Positions 31,725 through 43,110 of a stretch of 64,000 nucleotides of DNA are shown here, in pieces. Position numbers and translations under genes: made by a program. The notes beneath the pieces are model-generated. The model was not told the origin of the DNA, made no database searches, and saw nothing but the letters and a program-made list of their open reading frames with translations. The stretch's first letter is position 1; each line of letters starts with the position of its first letter. The stretch comes from Trypanosoma brucei (Eukaryota), in contig CM000208.1 in assembly GCA_000002445.1 (NCBI GenBank), positions 896,001-960,000 on the forward strand, in the 5' to 3' direction.

Positions 31725-32279
31725 GCCTCACGACTCCGTACATGCGCATGTTTGTCTCTTAAAGGGAAACTTTTGACTAATGACTTGCATGTTGCAATGT
31801 GAGGAAAAGGTCCCTTTCGCACACGTAAACACGTCTTTACACGACACGCGGTTCTTGTGCATTCGCGCCTGCGTTACCACAGTTGTGTCGCCAACCCACT
31901 TGTTCCGCAAATTTGCTGCGCTGCTCATTCTTTGTTGTATTTCTCCCCCGTGGTTTCTTCTTTTTTTCTTCTTTTTTCTTCGTTTATACCCCACAATCAG
32001 ATGTTCCGCCGGACAAGTCGGTGCCTCGTTGAAGTGGGTGATACCTGTGTCCCCAACAACTTTGTGCACGCTACCGATCTGGCCTTCTATTTTTCCAGGT
32101 TTCAACCCCGATCTCACCTCCATCCGCACGGTATCCCTGAACTTCGCGATGCAGTGGAGCTGCTCCAACCTCCCGAAGGGAAACCTTGTAGCAGATGGTC
32201 GGCGCCTCGTTTGTTTTCCCCTGCTGCACTGGCAGCACCTGCTGCAGTGGCGGAGTGGAAAAAAAAACGTGAGAAGGCG

Positions 32280-33680
32280 ATGATGTTATTGTCCCGTGGT
32301 GAAGAGATCATGGAAAATGTAAGCGGTGTGAGGAGTGCCGCTGTGGCGGACGTTGTCCGGCCGCTGTACGCAACAAAATTTGAGCTCCTCAACGGTTTGG
32401 AGCATCTACCGCGGTCGGAGTTCGCGACGCGGATTGATGTGCACCGATTTATTGTAAAGCATGCCGGACGACTTTTATACTTTAACGATAGTTGGGATAA
32501 ATCAGATGTGAAGCATCTGGACACAACTTGTGTTATTCTAGCGCACTTTATTCGGTCTTTTTGCGCCCTTCACCAGCGACCATTTCACGTAAAGCAGGCA
32601 AATGTTAGTGACTCCAAGGCAGATCGAAATCCCTCTTCCTGGACCATGGCGGTAGTTGGTGGAGAATCTGGTGACGCAATGATTAGCTTACAAACTGTGA
32701 TGGATCGCTTGGACGAACTGCTGGCGCTGAGTGAGAAAATAACCGAGAGGCAAATGGGTGAGATGCCCGAGCTTCGCTGGAATAAACCAAAGTTGCTGTT
32801 ACTGAAAGGGACCCTTACGATCCCCCTCACAGGTAATCTGACGCATGCTCAAGAACTCGTTAATCAAGCCGCTAAAACGGTGTATGAGTTTCACCAAAGG
32901 AAGAAACCGATTGTAGACGGTCTTGTTGCTCGCAAACAGGAGCACGAGTTGGGTCTGTTCATGCTGGTTCAGGCTGAAATGGCGGCGCGAGTTTTTGATT
33001 GGACCATTAACACTGGGGAAGTAGATATGGAAGTCGTTGAGATGTTCGAAGCGGCGGCTAAGTTTTATTCCTTTCCATGCAATACACCGTTGGATGCCGA
33101 CGGCATCATGTCGGCGGAGTTGCTTGACGAACGGCGCTTTGAAGTGGATGCGTACACTTCGTGCATGCTGAGTTTTGGTAACTTCCTTCTTGGTGCGCCC
33201 AGACCCGCCGCTAAAACCCGTCGCGATGCACCGGTATTCCTTCCCAAGCAGCTATTTACTATTTCACCCATAACAACTGTGGCATCATCGTCCGATCTTA
33301 TTTACGCGGATGTGCAACGTCGTGCACCCATGACAGTGGAAGTCGCTCGTAAGCGCGCAGGCGAGGCGCTTGAACGGGGCTTAAAGTTGAATCGAGAGCT
33401 TTATCCTGACCAGAAGCAGAATCCCAAGGCTGGGTGGACGCTGTTAGCAATGGCATCGTTGTACGCAGATATGCGTGATTATTTATATGCTACTGGCCTC
33501 TTCGCCTCTGCAGAGAAGACCGTTATAGAAAATTACGGCGGTGTATCGTTGGAGCGACTTCTTGTTTCCAAATTGCGCTATGAATTTTTAGCGGGGGTTG
33601 GGTCTGAAGAGGAGGCGAAGGCATCAGCGCACGAAATCGTGCAACTCCTCAAACAAATGGACAACATGCCGCATGGATAG
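32280..33680 (+). CDS. Hypothetical protein (about 466 aa). An alternative upstream start at 32001 would add a presequence-like 93-aa extension.
   Basis: The track ORF starts at GTG 31857. In-frame ATGs are at 32001 (right after the polyY tract 31945-31990, MFRRTSRCL...) and at 32280. No recognisable domain. Confidence 0.45.
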   Translation: MMLLSRGEEIMENVSGVRSAAVADVVRPLYATKFELLNGLEHLPRSEFATRIDVHRFIVKHAGRLLYFNDSWDKSDVKHLDTTCVILAHFIRSFCALHQRPFHVKQANVSDSKADRNPSSWTMAVVGGESGDAMISLQTVMDRLDELLALSEKITERQMGEMPELRWNKPKLLLLKGTLTIPLTGNLTHAQELVNQAAKTVYEFHQRKKPIVDGLVARKQEHELGLFMLVQAEMAARVFDWTINTGEVDMEVVEMFEAAAKFYSFPCNTPLDADGIMSAELLDERRFEVDAYTSCMLSFGNFLLGAPRPAAKTRRDAPVFLPKQLFTISPITTVASSSDLIYADVQRRAPMTVEVARKRAGEALERGLKLNRELYPDQKQNPKAGWTLLAMASLYADMRDYLYATGLFASAEKTVIENYGGVSLERLLVSKLRYEFLAGVGSEEEAKASAHEIVQLLKQMDNMPHG

Positions 33681-34368
33681 GGCCCCTTACCTGTAATTTT
33701 GGATTATAATCTGTCGACTTAAGCGATTGTGCTTTGGAAGTGCGATAGTCGGTGGGGGGGGCAGGAGAGCAAAAGTAGCGGAGGAGGAAACTGGAAAATT
33801 CCAACTTTGACAGGTGTGGATGTTGGGGAAGTATTTGACGTGGAGCGAGAAAGGTTAGGGGGCTGTTGGACGGTTTAATTCGGCTAGTAACCTATTTTAT
33901 TGTTATTATTCGTGTAGCCAAACCTTGCTTTCGGCTGTGCAACCTTCCACATTCCCCTGAAGGGGTTGAGGTAGAATAAAGGAAGTATTGTTTCCGCGCA
34001 ATGCACTGCGCCGTCACGACTTGGCTTCAGGCGATCATTACAACTTACCGTTTCGCTTTTTTTTTTCTTCTCTGTTATCTCTTACCGCCATTATTTGAGA
34101 TGTGCCGATAGCGCTATTTATGCGTGAGAGTCGTGGGGCTGCAACGTTGCAATTTACCCTGACAAAAGGACATGCATGTGTAGAGGGAGTGGAGTTTCTA
34201 TCGTGTTTTAAAGGGGCTTGATGGAGAAACACTTAAATTTGCGGACGAATTGTGTGATCGCGAATTCTGTCACATCAGTTTCCGTCCTTCCCTCCCCCTT
34301 TTGTGCATGTTCTAGCGCTTTGCGGAACTTGTGACTTTCTGAATCAATGGGGCAACTTGTTGTGGGAC

Positions 34369-34432
34369 CTTTCTCACCTCACCTCTTTTCTTTTTCTTTT
34401 CTTGTTTTTTTTCTTATTTCCCCCGCTTCTAT
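34369..34432 (+). promoter_or_regulatory. Long polypyrimidine tract upstream of the transporter-like gene.
   Basis: A CT-rich 64-nt run ending about 120 nt before ATG 34555. Confidence 0.5.
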
Positions 34433-34554
34433 CACGATATGGATTTCCGTACCAATTTCGATTAGACAAGCGGATTCCCAGCAGGGTTGCATCGTGGGTT
34501 ACATAGCAAGGAAAGGGTTGCCTCAGAGGAACTGTTTATTCTTACGTGAGGGAA

Positions 34555-36174
34555 ATGAGCACCAACGGCGGCGTTGAATGTTCGAATGCCTACATTACAG
34601 AGGGCGTTAAGCTATCCCCAATTTCGTCGGAGAAAGCTGAGAACACTCAAAACAACGACGGTGTGACACTTCTGCAACCGTCGTGGTTCCCGAGAGAGGA
34701 GCTGAAGGAAGCAGTGAATGGAAGCACACAAGCCAATCCTTTGAAAGGACCTTCGCCGACCGACCAGCCGCCACCCCCGCAAGTTCTAAGTCCGGCGCAA
34801 CCACAGTCGAGAAATGCACCAGCGTCCCTGTCTGAGTCTGTCAGGAGGTTACATGAACGCTTTCGCAATACTTCATGGCTTGAAATGATATGCATCTTCG
34901 TTATTATTACTGTTGTTATAGTCGGGCACTTCATTGAAATTATTAGCATCAAATACTGGCATTCGAAATTTCCAAATGGTAAAACGCCGGGAACACTAGC
35001 AACGTTGGTACTTCCATCGATACTATTGGCTGCGTTCATGGTGACTGTAATGTTGCTCTTTATCTTTTTCACAACTCCGTCGCTTCGATTTGCGTTTTGC
35101 TGCCAGTCCCTCGTCATGCTCTTCCGCATTGGATGCATAGATGCGATACAGAGCGGAGTCGGTGTATACTCCGTTATTAAGACACCGAATGCGCTCGCCG
35201 CGCTGGTAAAACCCGCAGCCCCGTTATTCGCAACCCTCTTTACGAAGATGTTCCTTAAAGACAAAAGGTCATACGGTAGCCCATGGCTTCTCATTTCACT
35301 TGCGTTCGTTATCGCTGGAATCCTTGTGGCCTCAATTTTTGACCTGAAGCATGGATTCAACAAGATTGGAAAGAACTCTTGGTGGGCAAGCATCTACTTG
35401 GTTGCAGTAGCGTTGAGTTCGTTGGTGAACGCGATGCAGGCGGTTTATATGTTAAAATTTACATACGACCCAAAATTCGACGAATTGTACAAGATTCGCG
35501 CTCGAGGGGGAACTGCGGTACCTTCAATGGGCTCCCAATCTACCTTGTTGAGTGCCCAAAACGTGTTGGCCCTCGGGGTTGGTAACGGAAACCACCAACT
35601 TGCCGTCGAGATGGGCAATATTCCGGCGGCACAGGAACCTGAGGACGTCGCGCGTACTGCGCTTAAGCGTTTACGACAGGGAAGGGGAACAAGCGTGAAA
35701 ATTGTCATGCTAACCATAATGTTATTGTTCCGCTTTGCTGGAACTTTAGCATTTCTTCCACTCGATGGGGTAAAACCGTGGGGCGAGAGCAACAGCATTG
35801 GCGATGCTTGGAACAACCTCATTGCTGGTGGGAGGTGCGTCGCTACGTGTGATAACAATTTACCCCCATTTGTCATGTACACTTCAGGTGTTCTCCTCAG
35901 TTACGTTGGATCAGCATACCTCAATCAGTATAGTGTGACTATGTGTTCTATCATAAAGCAAATTGCATGGCCGTTAGCCGCCCTGATACTTGTTTTTGTC
36001 CCCAGGTGGAGTATCGATCCCGTGGTGACGCCTTGGTATTTCAGCCTCGTGTCTATTTTCATCCTTTTGTTGGCTGTCCTCTTGTATATGTTTTGGGAAT
36101 GCAGCACTGGTGATGAGAAAGATAAGAATGAACGCCAGTTGAAGGAACGAATGATGTATCACTTAGCGAAGTGA
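34555..36174 (+). CDS. Polytopic membrane protein with about 10 predicted TM helices after a 110-aa hydrophilic N-terminus. It is possibly a DMT/CRT-like transporter.
   Basis: ATG 34555 (the track start at 34546 is GTG) sits downstream of the polyY tract 34369-34432. Ten hydrophobic 20-25 aa segments are arranged 6+4 around a 70-aa hydrophilic loop. The family assignment is tentative. Confidence 0.6.
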   Translation: MSTNGGVECSNAYITEGVKLSPISSEKAENTQNNDGVTLLQPSWFPREELKEAVNGSTQANPLKGPSPTDQPPPPQVLSPAQPQSRNAPASLSESVRRLHERFRNTSWLEMICIFVIITVVIVGHFIEIISIKYWHSKFPNGKTPGTLATLVLPSILLAAFMVTVMLLFIFFTTPSLRFAFCCQSLVMLFRIGCIDAIQSGVGVYSVIKTPNALAALVKPAAPLFATLFTKMFLKDKRSYGSPWLLISLAFVIAGILVASIFDLKHGFNKIGKNSWWASIYLVAVALSSLVNAMQAVYMLKFTYDPKFDELYKIRARGGTAVPSMGSQSTLLSAQNVLALGVGNGNHQLAVEMGNIPAAQEPEDVARTALKRLRQGRGTSVKIVMLTIMLLFRFAGTLAFLPLDGVKPWGESNSIGDAWNNLIAGGRCVATCDNNLPPFVMYTSGVLLSYVGSAYLNQYSVTMCSIIKQIAWPLAALILVFVPRWSIDPVVTPWYFSLVSIFILLLAVLLYMFWECSTGDEKDKNERQLKERMMYHLAK

Positions 36175-36492
36175 GCTCCTTTGGGTAGTCGTAGTGTTTT
36201 GGCTTCCATATTTCTTAATTTTTTCATTCCCACGACTGACCAGGTAGAAGAGAGCAGGTTGTGAAGCCTGTCTAAGTTCTATTATGAACAATTTAAGTAG
36301 CAGCTCGAGGGAATGAGGGAGGACGCGTTAAGTTTCATTGTGTGAATTGAAAAGGGCATATATTTATTTACTCAGGAACGCTGAGTTAATATACTGAGCC
36401 TTTTTCCGGAATCTCTTTTTTTTTTGTCTTTTCTTTTTTGTTTCCCATTACCTCTTTTATTGGGTATACTGTCCCTCACATAAATGTTTCCA

Positions 36493-36494
<2 letters not shown>

Positions 36495-36537
<43 letters not shown>
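36495..36537. repeat. (TA)21 microsatellite.
   Basis: Perfect TA run in the 3' flank of the transporter-like gene. Confidence 0.95.
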
Positions 36538-36541
<4 letters not shown>

Positions 36542-37834
36542 CATGTATTCAATAATAACATATCGCCTTTTCTGATTTCTTTTTTGTTGGTTTTTTTTAA
36601 ATACTGTGATCCTCCTTTCTTTTTTTTTTACATACTCTCTTTATTTTAGTCGTTTATCTTGCTTCTCTACCACCCCGCCACACCTCATTCCCCTCACCTT
36701 TTTTTTTCACTTTGCTATCATTGCAGTATTGGCATGATGGGAGAAGAAGCCGGAAATGGAAAAATATTTTATTGACAACATTTTTTCAGGAAAGAAAATA
36801 TATAAAAAAAATTTTTTTTTGAGGGAGGAAAGCGCGTTGCGTGAGTACGTGTGATGAAAGAGGGGAAATTGGTAATAATAACAACGCAAATAAAACACCC
36901 GCCGTGATGTGTGTGCATGTGTTTGCATGGAAAAGAGAGGAAAAAGGGAAGTCCGAGAAGGAAATTTAACAGAGGCAAAAATAAAGGGGAAGGAGAGATG
37001 GGTAAAAGGTATGTCGTGTATATTTCAACTGAATAGGATGAGATACTGCGCAGTAACCTTTTTCTTATTTTTTTTGTTTTTGTAAAACACAAATGCACAC
37101 ACACACGTGAATGAAACCAGGCGGCAGCTTGCATTTGTGACATGTAGAGTTTAAGAGGCAACGTAAGAAAAGACGGTGTAACAGGCGGAATCAGGAAAAA
37201 AAATCAAAAGAAATATCATAAATAAACAAAAATGAGATATAGTGGGAGAAGGTGTTTTGTTTCAATAATTTCCCCTCCCTTTCCTTTAAATCACCAAACT
37301 TTGACTTCTATTTCACTCCCCCCCCCATTTTTAATCATTTTGTCTTTGTTTTCTCACTTATTTTTGTCTTTTTATTTCGATTTTCATAACCTATTCTTTC
37401 CCCAATCCCTCACACACCACCACCACCACCACCTAATTACTAAATGTAAGAGGGCATAATAATAATAATAATAAGGAGGGAAGTGACGGAAGCTCTCAAA
37501 GAAAGAGGGGAAAAAAAGAAAAAAAAGGCAAAAACATACCGCTTTAGGATCCAACGCTTTCCTCCAAATAATCGTTCCTTTCTAATTTTAATTTCCTTGT
37601 TTCAAGCACCTCATGATTATATGTATGTATGTGCGAGAAACTGAAGATGATAACAAAGTTGTCATTTCTTCCATTCATACCTTAATAAAAATTAATTTAA
37701 CAATGCTAATATATTTTGAGGGCAAAACACAGGACAAAAAAACAATGCAGAAACGTTTAAAAGGGTGAGAAACGACTGTTTGTGTTTTCCCTTCTCCTTG
37801 TGGGGTGTTGAAGAAAAAAAAATGTTTCAAAGAC

Positions 37835-37915
37835 TCCTTTCTCTTTTTTTTTAAACATATTCTTCGACCAATGGTCCATTTTTTTTCTTTTTCTTTTTTC
37901 CTCCCACTTCTTTGC
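37835..37915 (+). promoter_or_regulatory. Polypyrimidine tract upstream of the P-loop gene.
   Basis: A CT-rich run about 260 nt before ATG 38179. The sequence between the tract and the ATG is purine-rich (5' UTR). Confidence 0.4.
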
Positions 37916-38178
37916 GGTGTGGAGGTGTCTCCACATTCCCAAAAAAAAAAGTGAAGAATAGATCCTACTTGTATTTCTTCCAATTTTTCACCACGAATAT
38001 TCAGTTAACTTCGATTTCTCAAACACATGCGCAGCAATCACTACACACCTCTTAATTTGCGAACTCTCTGAGTCTTTTATTGACTAAAGAAGGAAAGAAA
38101 GGAAAAAAAAAGAAAAAAACAAAATAAAACAAAAGCGGAGAAAAACTTGGGGGACACCGCCACCCCTCCGAAATTTTC

Positions 38179-39675
38179 ATGGCGGTTGGTGCAGGCGTAC
38201 GGCAACGAGCCGCAGCTGCGGCTCGCCACTGGCGTCGTGTTTCAGTTAAAACGCTGCGGAGTCGACTCTCCACCCCGCACGTGTGTGACATAAAACTTCC
38301 GCTCATATCAAATGAGGCCCCAGTGGGTTCGGGACCGGCGCTGAACATTCGCCTGGGGACCAACAACGAAGAGATCATGCGATGGTGCCAACTCGAGTAC
38401 TTTGGTTTTTTAAAGCCTGCAGATGCCGCCACCGACTCGCATACGAGTAACACAAGTGATGTATGCATCCACTCCGGGCCTCCAGGGCAGTTGGGATACC
38501 CATACGCGCTGACAGCGGAAGTTGATAATTTCACTGATGCGGTGCGACGCGATGAGGAGTCCGCTGAGTGGCAAAATATTAGTGGAGCGGAAAGTGCGCA
38601 TCCTTCGCGGTGGTTGACTCAACTGCTTCTGGACGGTTTCATCTCCCGCCGCGTGGCTGCACACGTTGGTTTATCAGCTGACCATTTGATGGACACAGTG
38701 AGGATGGCACGGCAACTAAAGGTGCCACTCGCACCGAGTGAGGTGTCACCGCATTATTTTTCTAATGATCTCTTGTCAACTTGGGGGGTGTTTGGAGAAC
38801 TGAAATCGGGCGATACCGATTTTGTTGGTGACTACGTGCATCGGGTGCTGCAGTTGGCTCACGCCAGTTCTGTCATCTCTGCTTGTCACTCCGTTTGGTT
38901 GAAAGGTACGGCTATATGTAATGGTAATGGTGGCGCCGTAATCATTTTAGGCCCGAGAGCAAGTGGGAAAACAACACTTGCGCTTCATTGTTTGGCAACG
39001 TCAACACCCAAAATACGTCTCATAGGGTTGGAACATTTTCACATTGCGCCTGAAAGCGTCATTCAGGGAGCCTCCATTAGCAGTGGTGGTGCGCGCGCGC
39101 TTCTCATGTCCATTCCATCACCGGCTAGTGTCGGTATCGGCGCTCTTATTGGATCACTTAAACCGAACCCCAGCTTAGTTGAGGCCGCCCACACTTTCAC
39201 GTGTAGTGCTGCAACGATCAACAGTCTCATGCGTAACAGCGAGGAAACCATATGGTTTATGGGGCGACGGCATGTAGTAAATATAAACGAAGCATTTGGA
39301 CCACATCGTTGGTGCCCCACATGGTTTGGTACTGTAAAGGGAATTGTGCTGTTGAATTGGGATGTTCATGAGCTTTCACGTCCAACCTCATCGGCAGGCA
39401 CCCAAATCATCCATTGGACAGAGAAGGAAGACTGCTTCAAGGCACTGAACGCCTTCGCAACAAATGCAGGAGCCGCCCTGTTCAAGGGGCACTATCTTAT
39501 ACGCTCCATGTACAACGAGTTAAATGCACACAGACAATTGGAAGAAATGCTCTTTTCTGGTGGTGAAGTTGATGGAAAGGTGGGAGTCCCACCAATATTT
39601 GAGGTTCGAGGCGCAGTACACTTCGATGCCGTGGTTAAGTTGATATGCGATCGCCTCCTTAACGAAACGAACTAA
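38179..39675 (+). CDS. Hypothetical P-loop NTPase with a mitochondrial-presequence-like N-terminus.
   Basis: ATG 38179. The N-terminus is MAVGAGVRQRAAAAARHWRRVSVKTLRSRL. It has a Walker A motif ILGPRASGKTTLALHCLA. I see no further family signature; a loose resemblance to HprK/PEPCK-type P-loops is speculative. Confidence 0.5.
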   Translation: MAVGAGVRQRAAAAARHWRRVSVKTLRSRLSTPHVCDIKLPLISNEAPVGSGPALNIRLGTNNEEIMRWCQLEYFGFLKPADAATDSHTSNTSDVCIHSGPPGQLGYPYALTAEVDNFTDAVRRDEESAEWQNISGAESAHPSRWLTQLLLDGFISRRVAAHVGLSADHLMDTVRMARQLKVPLAPSEVSPHYFSNDLLSTWGVFGELKSGDTDFVGDYVHRVLQLAHASSVISACHSVWLKGTAICNGNGGAVIILGPRASGKTTLALHCLATSTPKIRLIGLEHFHIAPESVIQGASISSGGARALLMSIPSPASVGIGALIGSLKPNPSLVEAAHTFTCSAATINSLMRNSEETIWFMGRRHVVNINEAFGPHRWCPTWFGTVKGIVLLNWDVHELSRPTSSAGTQIIHWTEKEDCFKALNAFATNAGAALFKGHYLIRSMYNELNAHRQLEEMLFSGGEVDGKVGVPPIFEVRGAVHFDAVVKLICDRLLNETN

Positions 39676-40294
39676 CGAGTATATTAATAAAAACTATTAT
39701 CGTACAATACCATAATGGAACTATGTCAAAACCTGAGTGATTGGTGGGCGAGAAACCTTTGAAACACAATGCAATGTGTATCCGTATCTATTCATGAGAG
39801 AACAATTGTTCATGCTCAACAGATTAGGTGAGAAAAGGTACGATAAACTTGGAGTGCGAGTCGCTGTGACGCCAAGCAATGCGTCATTGCGAATTGCTAC
39901 GCAACAAGCTGCAACGTTTTGCGCGCACGGAGCCATATGTTTCCCCGCTATTAATTACGTAGACGTTCCTTTTCGTGGTACTTTCGTTTGGTTGAACTAT
40001 CCTCGCACATGCTGATGATTTGTTGATATATTTATTTTTATACGTGTGCGAGTGCGTGTATGAGTGTCATTACTATACCACATGTGGATAGCTTCCTGTA
40101 TCTCTCTTTCATCTCCCACCTTTCCTTTTTTTCCTTATTCACCCTTTAAAAAAAAAAAATGGTTTCCTAAATACACACACACACACATATATATACATAC
40201 ATACCAAGCCCGAGGCAGATCCAATAGGATTTTGGGAACTTCTATTGGGCTTCACAAAGAAAAGTACATTGTCACACATACAAAACTGCGTTAA

Positions 40295-41221
40295 ATGATG
40301 TTTCACACATTCACTGCGCTGTTTATCACGGCGACATGTGTGTCGTGCTCAAGAGCTTCCGCTGCCGCAGCAGCCGTCACAGATGCAGAGCCTGCAGCTA
40401 CCAGCGGTTCCACATCCCGTTGTACGTTACTGCAACAACTACTAGGCGTAGGACGCAGCGTAAATTTTACGAAGAGATATGTAAAGGAGCTCGTGGATCA
40501 ATCGGTGCGGGCTGAACAGGAATGCACTTATTACCTCTGGACGGCGAGAGGTAACATCACATTTTCCTCCAAAGTGCTCTACGACGGTCGAAGAAGCCGC
40601 GGGAGTAGCAACGTATACGTTAAACTCGCAGAGAGAGCTTTTGAAGAAGCTAAGTTGGATCATGAAATTCTGAGAGAAACTGTGTATAGCGTGGAACGGA
40701 ATTTGTTGGTGATTAGGTCGCAAAGCGCCGAGATGAACCGCAACGGATATGAAGCCGTTAAGGAAAGCAAAAAAGCCGTAGCCAAATTGGTGCGCTCCGC
40801 GAATCGTTATATGGGGAGATATCATGGAGGCGATGACGACATTTCGGAGACATGTAAATTAGCCCCAGCATCTGGCGTCACATTCGCCTCGTTAGAGCAT
40901 GCCATGCGGAACATTACTGACGAAATGGTCGATTCAGATGCTCTGGAAGGGGCGAGAAAAGTGTTCCGCTCGCTCGTGGAAGTGGAAGAGGCTAGAAAGA
41001 AAGCAATGCGAGTGGCTCAAGAGATAAAAGAGGGAAAACAGTTGGCACAGGGAGCGGAGGCGAGAGTTGCGGGACATGCCAACGCTGTCTTTAGTGTGAT
41101 GCGCACCAGTAAACAGAGCATGACAATTAACCATTCCAGGGGCGGAACGAACGCATCTCAATTCCTTTGGAATTGGATTAAATTCCTTTTGTTGTCGCTG
41201 ATTAGTGCCGCGGCCCCATAA
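40295..41221 (+). CDS. Predicted secreted/surface protein with a signal peptide, a coiled-coil-like middle and a C-terminal hydrophobic tail compatible with a GPI-anchor signal.
   Basis: The N-terminus is MMFHTFTALFITATCVSCSRASAAAAA. The C-terminus is ...GGTNASQFLWNWIKFLLLSLISAAAP. This is the last gene of the plus-strand array before the strand switch. Confidence 0.5.
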   Translation: MMFHTFTALFITATCVSCSRASAAAAAVTDAEPAATSGSTSRCTLLQQLLGVGRSVNFTKRYVKELVDQSVRAEQECTYYLWTARGNITFSSKVLYDGRRSRGSSNVYVKLAERAFEEAKLDHEILRETVYSVERNLLVIRSQSAEMNRNGYEAVKESKKAVAKLVRSANRYMGRYHGGDDDISETCKLAPASGVTFASLEHAMRNITDEMVDSDALEGARKVFRSLVEVEEARKKAMRVAQEIKEGKQLAQGAEARVAGHANAVFSVMRTSKQSMTINHSRGGTNASQFLWNWIKFLLLSLISAAAP

Positions 41222-42418
41222 GGTATTTTCCGTCGCAGCAGTGTATATAGTCCTTTGTTTTGATTATCGGACCTCACGTAGAGAAAAGTAATTTATTAGT
41301 TTCAAGTGTCTATAACTTAACTGTTATGTTTTACTTGTTTTTTCCCCCCCCTTCCCACCGAATGACGTCTTTTCATTTCCTTCTGTTTTTTTTAGTAAGA
41401 AAAACTTTTCTTTTGTTTTGCGGCTCTCAAAGAATATACCGTACAGGCTATAAAGTATCTCGTGCAGCTACCTTGTCAGTTGCAGAGCTTATATTCTGTT
41501 AATTCATCCTGATTCTACCTGAACTTCTAATGTTATAGTGTAATATATGTTATAGCAGCCGCACGTGCCGAAGAAAGTGGAAAGTACGTCCAACTGCGGT
41601 CATGTGCGGGAAGCGCCGTCTTTTCTTTCTTCATTTCCCTTTTGTTTCCTTTTTCAGAACATATTGGTACCGCAACATAGGTATTGTCCGATGCGTGAGT
41701 GGATACGCGGGGGTACGCGATTTGGTCGGAAAATATTTTTTTCCTGCGGCATCGTGTGCTTTTCGATAATTGAGCTAATATTTTGAGTCCCTACCTGTTA
41801 TCAAAATCTTTGTCTTTCCTCCATCTTGATTTTTACAAGGTTGGTTACAGCATTAATGGTTTTGTTTTGACACATTGCCTACGTTAAGGTTTAAGGAATT
41901 TGGACCGTTAGCGCCGTCAGGCTTTGCACACCCAAGCGCGTACACGCTCAACGCATTTTGATTCAGTCAAAGCGGGCTTCTGAGGCTTGTGGACTACCAA
42001 ACAACAACATTATTGATAATAATAATAATAATACAAAACAATGATAGCGATGGCGATGATAAAAGTGGCATTTCAGGTAGCAGCCACTTAACAACACACG
42101 TCGGAAGGCTCTGTCATTCGAAACGGTTGCGGGACTCTGAGATTTATTGACGAGATTTTCGGTTACGCACTATCCATGAGAAGCGGATGTTGTTTTGTTT
42201 CGTTTTGTTAAATTTCTTTTTTTTTTTTTTGCATCCCTCCTCGGGAAAGCGCGTGAGGAAACTTGTTGAAGGTGGTAAGTTTTTGGTGAAGGTCGGAGGC
42301 GCTGCGCCTCTTAAACGAGATTAGCTCCGTAAGTATTCGGAAGGCATTCGCGTCCCCAAACGCAACTGTGTTGAACTTTCAAATAACAAATTGAATTAGA
42401 GCGAGGAATGCTGCATAT

Positions 42419-42457
42419 GCGGCACAGTGAGCGTAGCGTACCCGATCACAGTGCCGC
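42419..42457 (+). other. Near-perfect inverted repeat / hairpin with a 12-bp stem (11/12 paired) and a 15-nt loop.
   Basis: gcggcacagtga (42419-42430), then loop gcgtagcgtacccga, then tcacagtgccgc (42446-42457). A T11 run follows about 50 nt downstream. Confidence 0.5.
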
Positions 42458-42505
42458 AACCGCCAAATCTGTCTGGAAGGTTGCGCGTTGGTGCGCTGGA
42501 AAATC

Positions 42506-42516
42506 TTTTTTTTTTT
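42506..42516 (+). terminator. T11 run following the hairpin. It is a candidate termination or RNA 3'-end signal.
   Basis: ttttttttttt at 42506-42516. Its role is an inference only. Confidence 0.2.
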
Positions 42517-43087
42517 AGCCGTGTTGTTCGTTTTAGGGAACTGTGCCAACAGCAGCAGCAAAGGGGGAAAAAAGGTTCATTATGTTTGCAGATCGATAAG
42601 TGCAGCGCCGCCGCGCTCATTGGCTAGAAAACTCCATTGTGCTAAACGAAATGGCTCACTCCGTATTTTTTCAATTAATCCACCATTCACTGTGAACTGA
42701 GTTCAGGTTTTTTGTTTTCCGTTAGCAAGGCCACTTCCACTTTGCTACTCATGTTTCTTCCGTCTCAGAAACAAAAAAAAGTATGCAGTAAGAAGAGGAA
42801 AAATCCATAAGGAAAAGAGGTCTTGTTTGTTTATTTGTTTTGGACGCATGCTTCGACATCATCACTTGAAAACCACCCGCAGTGGAGGTGTAAGATAAAT
42901 AAGACAGCAGATTACAACAAAAACTGCCCCAAACCTTCCCCATCCGTATTCGTTACGCTACCCGCATTATTATCGTTATTGCGGTGACTTTCTCATTTGA
43001 GCCACCGTGGGTGGCCTTCCCTCCTAAGATGCGGTACAGTTATGTGGCTTTGAGTGAAAAACTGCGAGTAGCGGCGCCACTGACATG

Positions 43088-43110
43088 CACACACACACAC
43101 ACACACACAC
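43088..43110. repeat. (CA)11 microsatellite in the strand-switch region.
   Basis: cacacacacacacacacacacac. Confidence 0.9.

Noticed and set aside
36200-38150. 2-kb AT-rich gap with (CAC)6, (AAT)6, (TGTA)4 and many A/T runs, as a possible degenerate retroposon.
   Set aside because: No target-site duplications, no poly-A-terminated unit with recognisable RIME/ingi/SIDER-like ends, and no reverse-transcriptase remnants in any frame. It reads as ordinary long UTR or intergenic sequence.
42050-42145. Possible C/D-box snoRNA (GATGAT at 42054 and CTGA at 42136, about 95 nt apart) inside the strand-switch region.
   Set aside because: The C box lacks the conserved U (cGAUGAU). There is no terminal stem and no obvious D' or C' boxes. 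Motifs this short occur by chance in AT-rich DNA. Not supportable without expression data.
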